DNA of 48,586 nt from an uncultured Pseudomonadales bacterium (GCA_964443885.1 CAYUES010000002.1:1-48586), one strand, 5' to 3'; numbered from the stretch's first letter, positions 25,429-34,075 are shown. Program-made: numbers and translations. Notes: a model not told the origin generated them from the letters alone.

Positions 25429-26808
25429 TTAAATTTCTGGAAGTGGTGGTAAATCTGATGCAGGATCATTTTTTAATGCGGGGTTAATTTCACTCGTTGC
25501 TGTAGCTGGTTCAGTGGACAGAGACTGCAGTGTTGCATCCAACTCTTTTTGAATATCTGCTTCAGAAGGGGCTGGTGGAGCTGCTGATTCAGGTGGCATA
25601 GGCGGCATAGACGGAGTAACAGCGGGGGAAAAGCTAGGTGGTGCTACGGGAGCAACGGGCTCTGGTGGAGCTTCATAAGCAGCTGGAGGCGGAGTGGGAG
25701 GTGGTGCTTGTTGATAAACAGGAGTTTGCGCTACGGGTGGTTCGGGTACGGTATCAACTGCAGGCAGTGGACTGGAGTTACTAAGCTCACTTACTGTTTC
25801 TGGAGCAGCAATATGAATCTCGGGCACGGGCATTGTTTCAAAAGTATTATTTTCTACCGCTACAGTTTGGGTGTAGCTGGGTTCTGGTGGAGCCATATCT
25901 TGTTGCGGTGCTACGGGTGGTTCGGGTACGGTATCAACTGCAGGCAGTGGACTGGAGTTACTAAGCTCACTTACTGTTTCTGGAGCAGCAATATGAATCT
26001 CGGGCACGGGCATTGTTTCAAAAGTATTATTTTCTACCGCTACAGTTTGGGTGTAGCTGGGTTCTGGTGGAGCCATATCTTGTTGCGGTGCTACGGGTGG
26101 TTGAGTAGGAGCAGTATTCATAAATGTTTCCTGTATGCTTGCCTTAACAAGCGGTGTTGAGTAACTTGTACTTTCGCCAATTTGTTGGCCCTCGACTGCT
26201 TCTGGATTATAGCGAATATAGAAAAGTTGAATGATTTCTTGGGTGCTTAGCTGTCTGGAATACAAGCCAATCCGAGCAAACTGCGCAATCAAGTGATCAC
26301 GTTTCGGATCAAGAAGGTTTTGTGCTTTCTCAATAATCAGTGAACGCTCTACGGTGCTAATATCGAATTCTTTACTACCAGGTAAAATACTGGAAGTAGC
26401 CAAGAAACCCATTTCCAAAGCACTGGCGGGGATAACTACATAAAACTTTTTATCCAAAACATTGCGTTCATGAATCAAATTGCCCACAAACTCACGATAC
26501 ATGCGAATACGACGACGCAGTGTTTCTGTTTCAGCAATCAACTCTTGTTCTTGCAGAACTTTCAAGTAGGAAGTAACGTCTTTAGTCTGGGAGTGAATAA
26601 TAATTTGAACGGTGTAGTTGAGGGAGTTCAAGAGCCCTGCATATGCATACATAATCGCATCTTGCTCTTCTTCTGCTAGCAGTCCAAAGTTCATCGCATC
26701 AACGGTTAAGATCGTCGAAACAGTTCCATTCTTCATGATTACAAAGTTGTTTGTAATATCGTAGATATCCAGAAACTGCTGGGTGGTTGATTGGATAATA
26801 TCAGACAT
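25429..26808 (-). CDS. T4SS-associated protein: N-terminal domain resembling the non-ATPase N-domain of VirB4, a duplicated 60-aa unit and a Pro-rich tail
   Basis: 459 aa. The N-terminus TQQFLDIYDITNNFVIMKNGTVSTILTVDAMNFGLLAEEEQDAIMYAYAGLLNSLNYTVQIIIHSQ follows the VirB4 N-domain logic. No P-loop is present. Two identical 60-aa repeats are followed by a PPPTPPPAAYEAPPEP... tail. Confidence 0.55.
   Translation of the reverse strand: MSDIIQSTTQQFLDIYDITNNFVIMKNGTVSTILTVDAMNFGLLAEEEQDAIMYAYAGLLNSLNYTVQIIIHSQTKDVTSYLKVLQEQELIAETETLRRRIRMYREFVGNLIHERNVLDKKFYVVIPASALEMGFLATSSILPGSKEFDISTVERSLIIEKAQNLLDPKRDHLIAQFARIGLYSRQLSTQEIIQLFYIRYNPEAVEGQQIGESTSYSTPLVKASIQETFMNTAPTQPPVAPQQDMAPPEPSYTQTVAVENNTFETMPVPEIHIAAPETVSELSNSSPLPAVDTVPEPPVAPQQDMAPPEPSYTQTVAVENNTFETMPVPEIHIAAPETVSELSNSSPLPAVDTVPEPPVAQTPVYQQAPPPTPPPAAYEAPPEPVAPVAPPSFSPAVTPSMPPMPPESAAPPAPSEADIQKELDATLQSLSTEPATATSEINPALKNDPASDLPPLPEI
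25730..26102. repeat. Perfect 180-bp tandem direct duplication (2.07 copies) inside the 25429..26808 CDS
   Basis: 25741-25920 and 25921-26100 are identical base for base in the printed sequence. Identity extends 11 nt to the left and 2 nt to the right. Confidence 0.95.
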
Positions 26809-26814
26809 ATACGT

Positions 26815-26820
26815 ATTTTA
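26815..26820 (-). promoter_or_regulatory. -10 box TAAAAT, 6 nt upstream of the ATG at 26808 (leaderless-type)
   Basis: The minus strand reads GTAAAAT-ACGTAT-ATG. Confidence 0.4.
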
Positions 26821-26871
26821 CTCTCACTATGTATGGTACTGGCTTTTCTGCCTTGTCGCAAGCAGCCCAGT

Positions 26872-28065
26872 CTAATTACTTCGCACCTCAATTGGCTCTA
26901 CAATTTTGCCGGTTAATGTAATGGTTAATGGATGAAATTTAAAAGGATCTTTTTCAACTTCAACAATATAACTACCACTTTCAAGTGGCGTTGTAATGAA
27001 GAATTGACCTAACGCATTACTTTTCACTGCTCGAAGGACGTGTCCATCACTGGTTTTGATTTCAATAATTGCGCCGGGAATCAGCTCATCTTTGGGTGTG
27101 AGAATCATTCCCACCAGCTTATTGGGCGCAGTTGGCTTGCTTGGGAAGGGCAGAGCCGCATTAAATTGAGCGTCTTCTGAATTGGAGAAAGAATCACTCT
27201 TTGGTCCAGTTTGTTCAACAAAAGCGCGCTCTTGCGGAGTAATACTTTGTTGATGGACTAACGCTGCTACTTCTTCGACATCAATTCTATTGTCAACAGT
27301 AACCGGAGCATTCTCTGGGATCGACAGTCCTTGCGCAACCTCATTAGTATTAAGATAGGCATCTTTTTTATTTGTTTCGGTATGTTTATGCTCGGGATCA
27401 ATCACGTACGTTGAGTCCAGACTCTCTAAACCACCCAATGCATTACTGGCAATGCGTTCTTGTAGCACCGGATCCTCAGCAATCGTAGTTTGGCGCATGC
27501 TCCGAACCCGCACGGTAAGATTGGGTTTTTCTTTACTTTCGAGTTGCGGCTCAATTCTGAACTCTTGGACAACTTGGGTTTGAAAAATGTCTAAAATTGA
27601 AGACATACGCAGTCGCTCCTCTGGAGAAAAATCACTGTCATCTCCTTCTGGATTGGTAGAAGAAATAAACTCTTTTATCCGTTGTCGACGAGCTGGACTA
27701 AGATCGAGTTCTTGCAAGTCCAGAGTGTTTGCTTGATCACCTTTGAATAAAAAAGCAGGTGGAATGTTGTAGGCACGTTTCCAGAAAAACTGAGTTGGTT
27801 TATAGAGAATACCAATAAATGTAGAAATCCAGTGACTTAATGGACGTTCTTCAATTGGGATAAAAGCTGCCGCAAAGCCACCACCAGCAAACACAATCAT
27901 CAGCGGCCACTTCAATAGACCAATCAAGTTGGTTTGATAAATAGCTAAAGCAATTATTACGCCAACGGCCGCTTCGCCAAACTGCTTCAACGTCATACTA
28001 CCCACAATATGAAAGCGGTAGTTAGTAATGTCTTGGGGTATTGGATGTTCTTTCATGGTGGGCAA
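26872..28065 (-). CDS. PrgI/VirB3-like T4SS membrane protein fused to a long extension ending in a carboxypeptidase-regulatory-like beta-sandwich
   Basis: The N-terminus IPQDITNYRFHIVGSMTLKQFGEAAVGVIIALAIY plus a second TM helix (LMIVFAGGGFAAAFIPI..RPL) matches the PrgI-family pattern. The C-terminus is GMILTPKDELIPGAIIEIKTSDGHVLRAVKSNALGQFFITTPLESGSYIVEVEK. Confidence 0.6.
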   Translation of the reverse strand: MPTMKEHPIPQDITNYRFHIVGSMTLKQFGEAAVGVIIALAIYQTNLIGLLKWPLMIVFAGGGFAAAFIPIEERPLSHWISTFIGILYKPTQFFWKRAYNIPPAFLFKGDQANTLDLQELDLSPARRQRIKEFISSTNPEGDDSDFSPEERLRMSSILDIFQTQVVQEFRIEPQLESKEKPNLTVRVRSMRQTTIAEDPVLQERIASNALGGLESLDSTYVIDPEHKHTETNKKDAYLNTNEVAQGLSIPENAPVTVDNRIDVEEVAALVHQQSITPQERAFVEQTGPKSDSFSNSEDAQFNAALPFPSKPTAPNKLVGMILTPKDELIPGAIIEIKTSDGHVLRAVKSNALGQFFITTPLESGSYIVEVEKDPFKFHPLTITLTGKIVEPIEVRSN

Positions 28066-28101
28066 GGCCGAAGAATCAGGCTATTTCTAAGTAATAGTTT
28101 A

Positions 28102-29097
28102 TCATGGTTGCGGTTCTTGTGTCTGGACAGCTGGAGTGATTATTTCTGCAAAAAATTCCTGGTCCGCAGTATTTTTTAGTTGTCCGGCAAATCGATAGTA
28201 GGGAACAATTAGTTTTGTATCCGGGCTAACCCGATACTCAATAGTAACGGTATGCAAAGATCCTGACTGGATAGTATCCAGAGCTTCTGATTCAAAACCT
28301 TGATAGTGTGAACTAATAATCGTTGCCCGATCGTCATTAATGTTAGCTATGGCTTGAGGAATCGTCAATGTTTTAATCCTGCCAGAAACCGTTGGCGTTA
28401 GAAAAAATGGCTGAAAGACTGCTTTTTGTAGTTGGTTATCAGCATTAATCGTAATAGTTACTGGGTAGAGAACAGACCGTTCTAAGAGAACTGGATAGCC
28501 TTCTAAAGAATACCCAAACGGGATTTCCATAAGTCCCGCATCTGAAGCCTCGACGATATCACCATGCACATCTGCTTCACGGTATACAATTTTATTGGTG
28601 AGAATTTGTAAATTATTTTCTGGAAAAACTGAATTGAGAAACTCGGTGGCGACTTGTTGCGCGCGGAGACTGTCTACCAACTTACCAGTGGGCAGTGGTA
28701 CGAGTGTGGAGAGCTCATAGCTGCCGGTAGCTTCAATTACCTGAAGTGCGTAGGATGGACTCATCCACAAAGTAGGAACTTCAGGATGGAGTTGGAGGTT
28801 GTAGCGTTCAATAATTTTTTGCTTGGTACTGCGATCTTCAAAATCAAACGGCGCAAAGTTTTCAGCCGTGGCTACTGCCAACTCATTGGGTATCGAAGGC
28901 GCATTCCCAATAAACGTTATTGCCTCAAAACTTGAAAGGGTCCCTTTATAGTTTGTTTCCAAGGTGGGTTGGAGTGCAACTTGAGTGGGTGTTAGTAATC
29001 TAAACAAATAGCCTGCTCCTAATAAAACTGCCGCAATAATCAAGGTTACTCGAAACCATTGAACGGTAGCTTGTTTTGTTTGTTCTGCTTCTTGCAT
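28102..29097 (-). CDS. Membrane-anchored extracytoplasmic protein of the T4SS-like operon (function unknown)
   Basis: Start chosen at ATG 29097 (MQEAEQTK...). An AAGAGGA Shine-Dalgarno sequence lies 7 nt upstream, directly after the upstream stop. There is a single TM helix, VTLIIAAVLLGAGYLF. Confidence 0.5.
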   Translation of the reverse strand: MQEAEQTKQATVQWFRVTLIIAAVLLGAGYLFRLLTPTQVALQPTLETNYKGTLSSFEAITFIGNAPSIPNELAVATAENFAPFDFEDRSTKQKIIERYNLQLHPEVPTLWMSPSYALQVIEATGSYELSTLVPLPTGKLVDSLRAQQVATEFLNSVFPENNLQILTNKIVYREADVHGDIVEASDAGLMEIPFGYSLEGYPVLLERSVLYPVTITINADNQLQKAVFQPFFLTPTVSGRIKTLTIPQAIANINDDRATIISSHYQGFESEALDTIQSGSLHTVTIEYRVSPDTKLIVPYYRFAGQLKNTADQEFFAEIITPAVQTQEPQP

Positions 29098-29108
29098 AAT
29101 AAATCCTC

Positions 29109-29441
29109 TTACGGTCTTCCACAACTTCTGGTTGGTGTGCCTACATTTGCTGTAAAGCCATTTGGAACGATATTGCGAATACCCAAACCAGGATCATCAG
29201 GAGCATTTCGTTGATTTATTAATTCATAGTGTAAGTGGGGACCAGTACTATTGCCAGTACTTCCTACATAGCCAATTACCTCTCCAGCGGCCGCGCCCAC
29301 GCCACTTTTACCTTTAAACTTCGGTGCTACGCCACTTAAATGAGCAAAGAAAACGGTATGCTTAGTCGCATCTCCGGGTATTTGAAACTCCAAAGCCATC
29401 AAGTTTCCATACCCGGTGGTGTCCCAACCGCGATCCAGGAA
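29109..29441 (-). CDS. Second half of an M23 (LytM) peptidase domain, in a different reading frame from the 1568-aa ORF (frameshifted continuation)
   Basis: The frame of track ORF 29109..29576 encodes GWDTTGYGNLMALEF...FFAHLS...GEVIGYVGSTGNSTGPHLHYELI, which are the M23 GYGN and HxH motifs. The matching HxxxD motif lies at the end of the 29362..34068 ORF. Confidence 0.6.
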   Translation of the reverse strand, partial: FLDRGWDTTGYGNLMALEFQIPGDATKHTVFFAHLSGVAPKFKGKSGVGAAAGEVIGYVGSTGNSTGPHLHYELINQRNAPDDPGLGIRNIVPNGFTANVGTPTRSCGRP

Positions 29442-32400
29442 ATGGTGCATAAATCGGTGTTCCAATTGGGGCGCCAATATCCCAAGCATCGGTTTTAGCA
29501 TGAGTTGGAATGCCAACATGAAACGGCCGAGTGGTAACAACACCAGTTGTAGGCCAGCAACCAATTTTTGGTTCACCCACCATCACACTGGCCGAGGCAT
29601 TGAAGGTTTGATTACTTTCTAAAACATTTCCCGACGCATCCATCACATCAAAGGTAACCGTGAAGGTATTCGTAATAAACGCATTTTGGAAGCCGTTACC
29701 GATTGAAACGGTATACACCATTGGTGCACTGGCAGCTTGGAGTGGATCAAGAGGAATTTGCGTAATATCAAACGTAGATTGTAGTTGGGTTGTCGCATCA
29801 CCAAAACTAGAAAACTGATCAGTGGCTTCAGTAATCTTGAGAGAGTAGCCAGGCTTGGGGGTAATCACAATCGTATAGGTAATATCTGTTGCGGTGTTGT
29901 TACGAATTTCATTGGGTACCGCACCTTTATCAGCTGTTTTAGTAACAGTCACATACTTGGAAGTTGCTTGTTGCCCCGCAGCAGTATAGCTTTGTCCGGT
30001 GGCGGGCTTGGTCGGAAGGGGAACTAAGAATGATCCAGCAATAACGACAATCGTAAGAATGGTTAAGATGAAAATTGGCGCAAGTGCGAAGAGTGGTGCT
30101 ACCAAGCCAATTGCAGCTGTAGAAAGCAAGCCAAACCCTGTGGACGCAGTGGCGGTTGTAGAGGCTGGAGAAGAGAAGACGCTACTGCCGCCGCTTGAAG
30201 CATTGTTTGAGGGAGTGCCACCCGTGGTAGTACTCTGCGCCGCCGTTGGGGCAGTTTGTGGTGGTGGTGAAGTAGCAGCGTCCGTGGCAGCAGCTTCCGC
30301 TTGACCCTCCGCGGCTTGCTGGGCAGCTGCTGAGTTAGTCGGCGAGGTAGCTTGTGCGTTGGCTGCACGCATATCACTCATGCTTGAGTAGCCACTAGCA
30401 GGATTTTCAGAGCCAGTAAAACCAAAAGGATTGGGAGGAACTCTGGTTGGCAACCAGTTTGCCCATGGCATCACCGCACTCGCTCCGAGGGCGAGCGGCA
30501 TTCCCATCAGGAGTCCTAGTGGACCACCTAGCATAAACGAAGCCGCCATGGTAATGAGTCCTGCGGCATTACCGAATGCGTAGAGGAAGACTGATGCTGC
30601 CATACTGGCGGCAGTACTGCCACCAATGATAAGGATTTGCCGCAACTGGCGATTTTGTGCTGCAAACTTTAAAACCTCGAGGGCTTTTACGGTCCAGCCA
30701 ACAGGTCCTGAAGCAGCAGCTACGCCCAGGCTAGCGGCGGCGCTTGCAGCCCCTGTGCTTGTAATAGAACTCAAGATTTTGTTTTTAACTGCCCCAGAAG
30801 CCATTTGCTTTAATGCATCAACTCGATTTGAAGAAGGAATAGCAGTATTTGCTCTACTAGACCCAGATACATTCGGATCTTCTTCAACAAATTGCTCTGT
30901 TTGAAAGGCGGGTTCAGCTAATCCAGCTTGTATCACTGAGTTGTTTAAGGCTTCGGTTGCTGGAGCATCCAAAACCATTGCCTCATCTGCAGCAGCAGCT
31001 GCTTGAATAAGTATGTTCTCAAGCTCTGCAACTTCGACTGCCATTTGTGCGGCAATTTGTGTTTTTTCTGCTTGGGTAAATGCTAAAAAGTTGGCTAAGG
31101 CAATTCTATTTTCCAAGCGTTTTGCGGCGACAGCTTGCTCATAGAACTTACTAGTCGGCGTCGGTTGAGATGCTGTCAACTCTCTTTGTTTACCAAAGTC
31201 GAGGATTTTGTAGTTGCCACGGTCAGCGGCGATAGTGAGCTCGTCGATATCTCCAGTAAACCCTAAAAACTGAACCTGAACTGGTAGTAAATTTTTGTCG
31301 ATTAATGGGTCGGTATTTTTGCTTTGTAATCGATTGCGCAAACTTACATCAAATGGAATGTCAGCGTAGATATAAAAGGCCGCTCGTTGTTCGACGGTTA
31401 GCGGAGCCCACCCGCTATTAGCAACTAGCTTCAGTGTATCAATCTTTGCTCTTAATTTTCTTCCATTAAGTGCAGATGCAGTTTGCTCAGTGCCCTCTTC
31501 GGAAATAGTCTTTGCCATGTCTCCAACTGGCGAGACGTGTTTTGCTAAGCTAGCTATATCGGTGGGAATTTCTTTTGGCGCGGGTAAGAAACCAGTCGTG
31601 ATTGCTCCGTCAGCAGGTGCGAGATTACTTGCCCGCACTCGAGCATAGTTGATTAAAATTTCTCTGACTGTTTGATGATTTTGAGAGTTAACTTCATTAG
31701 TGGGTAAGTCAAACATCAAGCCCAGTAAGCGCGTATCAAGCTTTTCCACCATGTTGGTGGTGCCTTCTGGACCAAACGTGAGAAGTAGTGAGTCAAGAAT
31801 ATCGCTAGTTTTCTTGAGTACAACCGGAGAATCATCTTTGAGTTCAGTACGCAGCTGATCTATAAACAAACTCTGTGCATCAACGTGTTTGATGTCTTCC
31901 AAGATGAACCTAATTTGGCCTTCATCGTATGAAATTTTATAGTGAGACGTGTTTTTAAGTGTAGTTTCCAAACCTTGTTGTTCTGAAGTCAAACCTTTTT
32001 TCTGATAGTAGATCAGTACTTCACCGTAGAACTGGCTGAGTTCGCGTTTAAATGCGGGATCAGCATTCAACGATTTAGTAATTTGCTCAAAAACCTGAGC
32101 ACGTTTTGCGGGGTCAGTGTAGAGTTCCAAAAGTTCTTGATTGGAAAGTTGTAGAAAATAAGCATAGATCTTTGCTTCCAATAGCTGCTCAGCTTCTAAG
32201 TATTCTTTTTCCAATACGGAATCAGTCGTTACTAGACTTGCATCAATGTTGTGTGAGGTGAAAAATTCATAGTTGGCATTTTCCAAAGCCCAAGCTGTTT
32301 CAACCTCAATTCGCTCGACACGATTAATGATCGGTATTGTATTGGCTACTCTGTAGGCTTGATACCCAGGAGTTGCCTGCATTCGCAGTGAGAGATTTTT

Positions 32401-34068
32401 AATATGACGAATCAAACTGCTCGGTGACTTAGAAAGTTTGTGTAGTTCCTGTGGTGATAAATTACTCAAGTACTCAATGGTTGCGGTGTTAACTTGCTCA
32501 AATAACTGTGGCGGAATTGTGTTGTTGCGCAGTGACTCTTCAGGGAAAAGCTGCGCCATCGTACCCCAAATAACATGCCCAACTTGCTTGGGGAGGACTG
32601 CTTGCTCGTTGGTTGAGAGTGCTTGCCCCGCCGCACCAGCAGCTGTGTATGCACCCATCACTCGCTGCATATCTGCAGCGGTTGGCATGATCGGTGGAGT
32701 TACAAATTCAGCAGCAGTGAGCTCGGCAGGTTCACCAGCTACTTGATCAGTCTGAACTTCAGAACTGGGTTGTTGCTGTGGTTGTTCGCTCTTTACTTGC
32801 TGATCAGCGTCTTGCTGCAATGGACCGAATTTCTGACTAAGTTGTTTTGCCCATGTACTTAATTTTGCATGAGCAGGGGAGAGTTCTGGGTTTTTTGTAA
32901 CAGTAAGAATATAGTTGTTGACAACCGCGATGGTTCTTTCTGCATCTTCAGTTAGTTGAGACTGTATTAAAAAATCGATGTTCCCTTCAAATAATTCTTG
33001 ATATCGCAGCAAAAATCCATTTTCAGCATGCGCAAAAAGACGATTGAGTAGTTTGTAATACAGTTTTTCACGCCCTACAAGCGAGCCAGCTCCAGATGTA
33101 AAGCCAGATACTAATTGTATTAGTTCTCGTTCAGAAAGTTCAGAAACTAGTACATCAAGTTCACTACGAATTATTGAAAGTAATTCTTCGTGTATTGCTT
33201 GCAACTCCGGAGGAAATGCACTTAGTTGTAGTTTCGATTGATTAAATAATAAATCGACTAAATTTACTTTTGCAAAGTAAAAAACGAACTCCTTTTGTTT
33301 TTGAAGTTCTAGGCGAGTCTTAGAGTCACGTAAATCTACCCAATCATCATCTTCATCAGCTACTTCTGGTTCGGACTCTTCATCCTGTGAGTCTGACGAA
33401 GAGTCTCCCGCTATAGGTGCAACCTTGGCTGTGGAAGTATCAGAAGGAATTGTACTCGGGTTATTTTCTGCAATTACTGCTTTATTTCCACTAGTCTCCC
33501 AAGCAGCAAAAGCTAATTGAATGTTTTCAATTAGTTTTTCAATTTCGATGACTTCATATTGAAGTTTATCTTGTGAAATGAGCGCTTCATCACCGGTACT
33601 TCCCCACTCGCGTAACTTAAGTGCGGGATCATATTCTGAGTGATACTCAGTTAAATAGGCCGTGGGGTAGTACTCTTGCAACTTAGTTGCAATTCCAATT
33701 AAAATGGCAACAAAGTCTACAAAAAACAAATACGTACTTTGCTTGCCTTTTACTGCTTCGTCACTGGGCTGGCCGTCATACGTTTCAAGTGTTTGATCGG
33801 TAATACTTAGTGCCGCAGTACGTTCTTGAAACCGTAAAATTACTTTTTGATTACGATGGAGTTTGAGAATTCGGTTTGCTTCGGTTTTTTCTCTGGCATC
33901 AATCAATGCATAAAAGACAGACTCGAGATACTCGAGTTCACTGGGTCCGTAAAAACCAAGCTGTTTGATGTTCGAAAGTTTAACGGGGTGTAGGTCTTGA
34001 TTGGTTGTTAGACCACTCTGATAAACCACCGTTTGCTGGTTTTCTGCTGGTTTCGTCTCGTCTGCCAT
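29362..34068 (-). CDS. Giant T4SS-associated membrane protein (about 1060-aa cytoplasmic region, TM bundle, S/T/A-rich linker, Ig-like module, start of an M23 peptidase domain)
   Basis: 1568-aa ORF. The TM-rich block is GWTVKALEVLKFAAQNRQLRQILIIGGSTAASMAASVFLYAFGNAAGLITMAASFMLGGPLGLLMG. A second TM is LVAPLFALAPIFILTILTIVVIAGSF. The C-terminus is IPTHAKTDAWDIGAPIGTPIYAPFPG, the first half of an M23 domain with the HxxxD motif. Confidence 0.7.
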   Translation of the reverse strand: MADETKPAENQQTVVYQSGLTTNQDLHPVKLSNIKQLGFYGPSELEYLESVFYALIDAREKTEANRILKLHRNQKVILRFQERTAALSITDQTLETYDGQPSDEAVKGKQSTYLFFVDFVAILIGIATKLQEYYPTAYLTEYHSEYDPALKLREWGSTGDEALISQDKLQYEVIEIEKLIENIQLAFAAWETSGNKAVIAENNPSTIPSDTSTAKVAPIAGDSSSDSQDEESEPEVADEDDDWVDLRDSKTRLELQKQKEFVFYFAKVNLVDLLFNQSKLQLSAFPPELQAIHEELLSIIRSELDVLVSELSERELIQLVSGFTSGAGSLVGREKLYYKLLNRLFAHAENGFLLRYQELFEGNIDFLIQSQLTEDAERTIAVVNNYILTVTKNPELSPAHAKLSTWAKQLSQKFGPLQQDADQQVKSEQPQQQPSSEVQTDQVAGEPAELTAAEFVTPPIMPTAADMQRVMGAYTAAGAAGQALSTNEQAVLPKQVGHVIWGTMAQLFPEESLRNNTIPPQLFEQVNTATIEYLSNLSPQELHKLSKSPSSLIRHIKNLSLRMQATPGYQAYRVANTIPIINRVERIEVETAWALENANYEFFTSHNIDASLVTTDSVLEKEYLEAEQLLEAKIYAYFLQLSNQELLELYTDPAKRAQVFEQITKSLNADPAFKRELSQFYGEVLIYYQKKGLTSEQQGLETTLKNTSHYKISYDEGQIRFILEDIKHVDAQSLFIDQLRTELKDDSPVVLKKTSDILDSLLLTFGPEGTTNMVEKLDTRLLGLMFDLPTNEVNSQNHQTVREILINYARVRASNLAPADGAITTGFLPAPKEIPTDIASLAKHVSPVGDMAKTISEEGTEQTASALNGRKLRAKIDTLKLVANSGWAPLTVEQRAAFYIYADIPFDVSLRNRLQSKNTDPLIDKNLLPVQVQFLGFTGDIDELTIAADRGNYKILDFGKQRELTASQPTPTSKFYEQAVAAKRLENRIALANFLAFTQAEKTQIAAQMAVEVAELENILIQAAAAADEAMVLDAPATEALNNSVIQAGLAEPAFQTEQFVEEDPNVSGSSRANTAIPSSNRVDALKQMASGAVKNKILSSITSTGAASAAASLGVAAASGPVGWTVKALEVLKFAAQNRQLRQILIIGGSTAASMAASVFLYAFGNAAGLITMAASFMLGGPLGLLMGMPLALGASAVMPWANWLPTRVPPNPFGFTGSENPASGYSSMSDMRAANAQATSPTNSAAAQQAAEGQAEAAATDAATSPPPQTAPTAAQSTTTGGTPSNNASSGGSSVFSSPASTTATASTGFGLLSTAAIGLVAPLFALAPIFILTILTIVVIAGSFLVPLPTKPATGQSYTAAGQQATSKYVTVTKTADKGAVPNEIRNNTATDITYTIVITPKPGYSLKITEATDQFSSFGDATTQLQSTFDITQIPLDPLQAASAPMVYTVSIGNGFQNAFITNTFTVTFDVMDASGNVLESNQTFNASASVMVGEPKIGCWPTTGVVTTRPFHVGIPTHAKTDAWDIGAPIGTPIYAPFPGSRLGHHRVWKLDGFGVSNTRRCD

Positions 34069-34075
34069 GGAATTA

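Noticed and set aside
25730-26102. Possible CRISPR array or other non-coding repeat
   Set aside because: There are only two long (180-bp) directly abutting copies with no spacers, and they are in-frame within a CDS. No cas genes are present, and nothing elsewhere in the window resembles a repeat-spacer array.
25708-26160. 150-aa plus-strand ORF with an internal exact repeat
   Set aside because: It is the antisense reading of the 180-bp tandem duplication inside the 25429..26808 gene. It has an implausible Trp/Cys/Gly-rich composition and no start signals.
29442-29576. N-terminal part of track ORF 29109..29576 (MNQKLVAGLQL...) as the start of an independent M23 gene
   Set aside because: This part overlaps the in-frame, motif-bearing end of the 1568-aa ORF. 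Only the region downstream of ~29441 carries M23 motifs, so a frameshifted continuation explains the data better than a separate gene.
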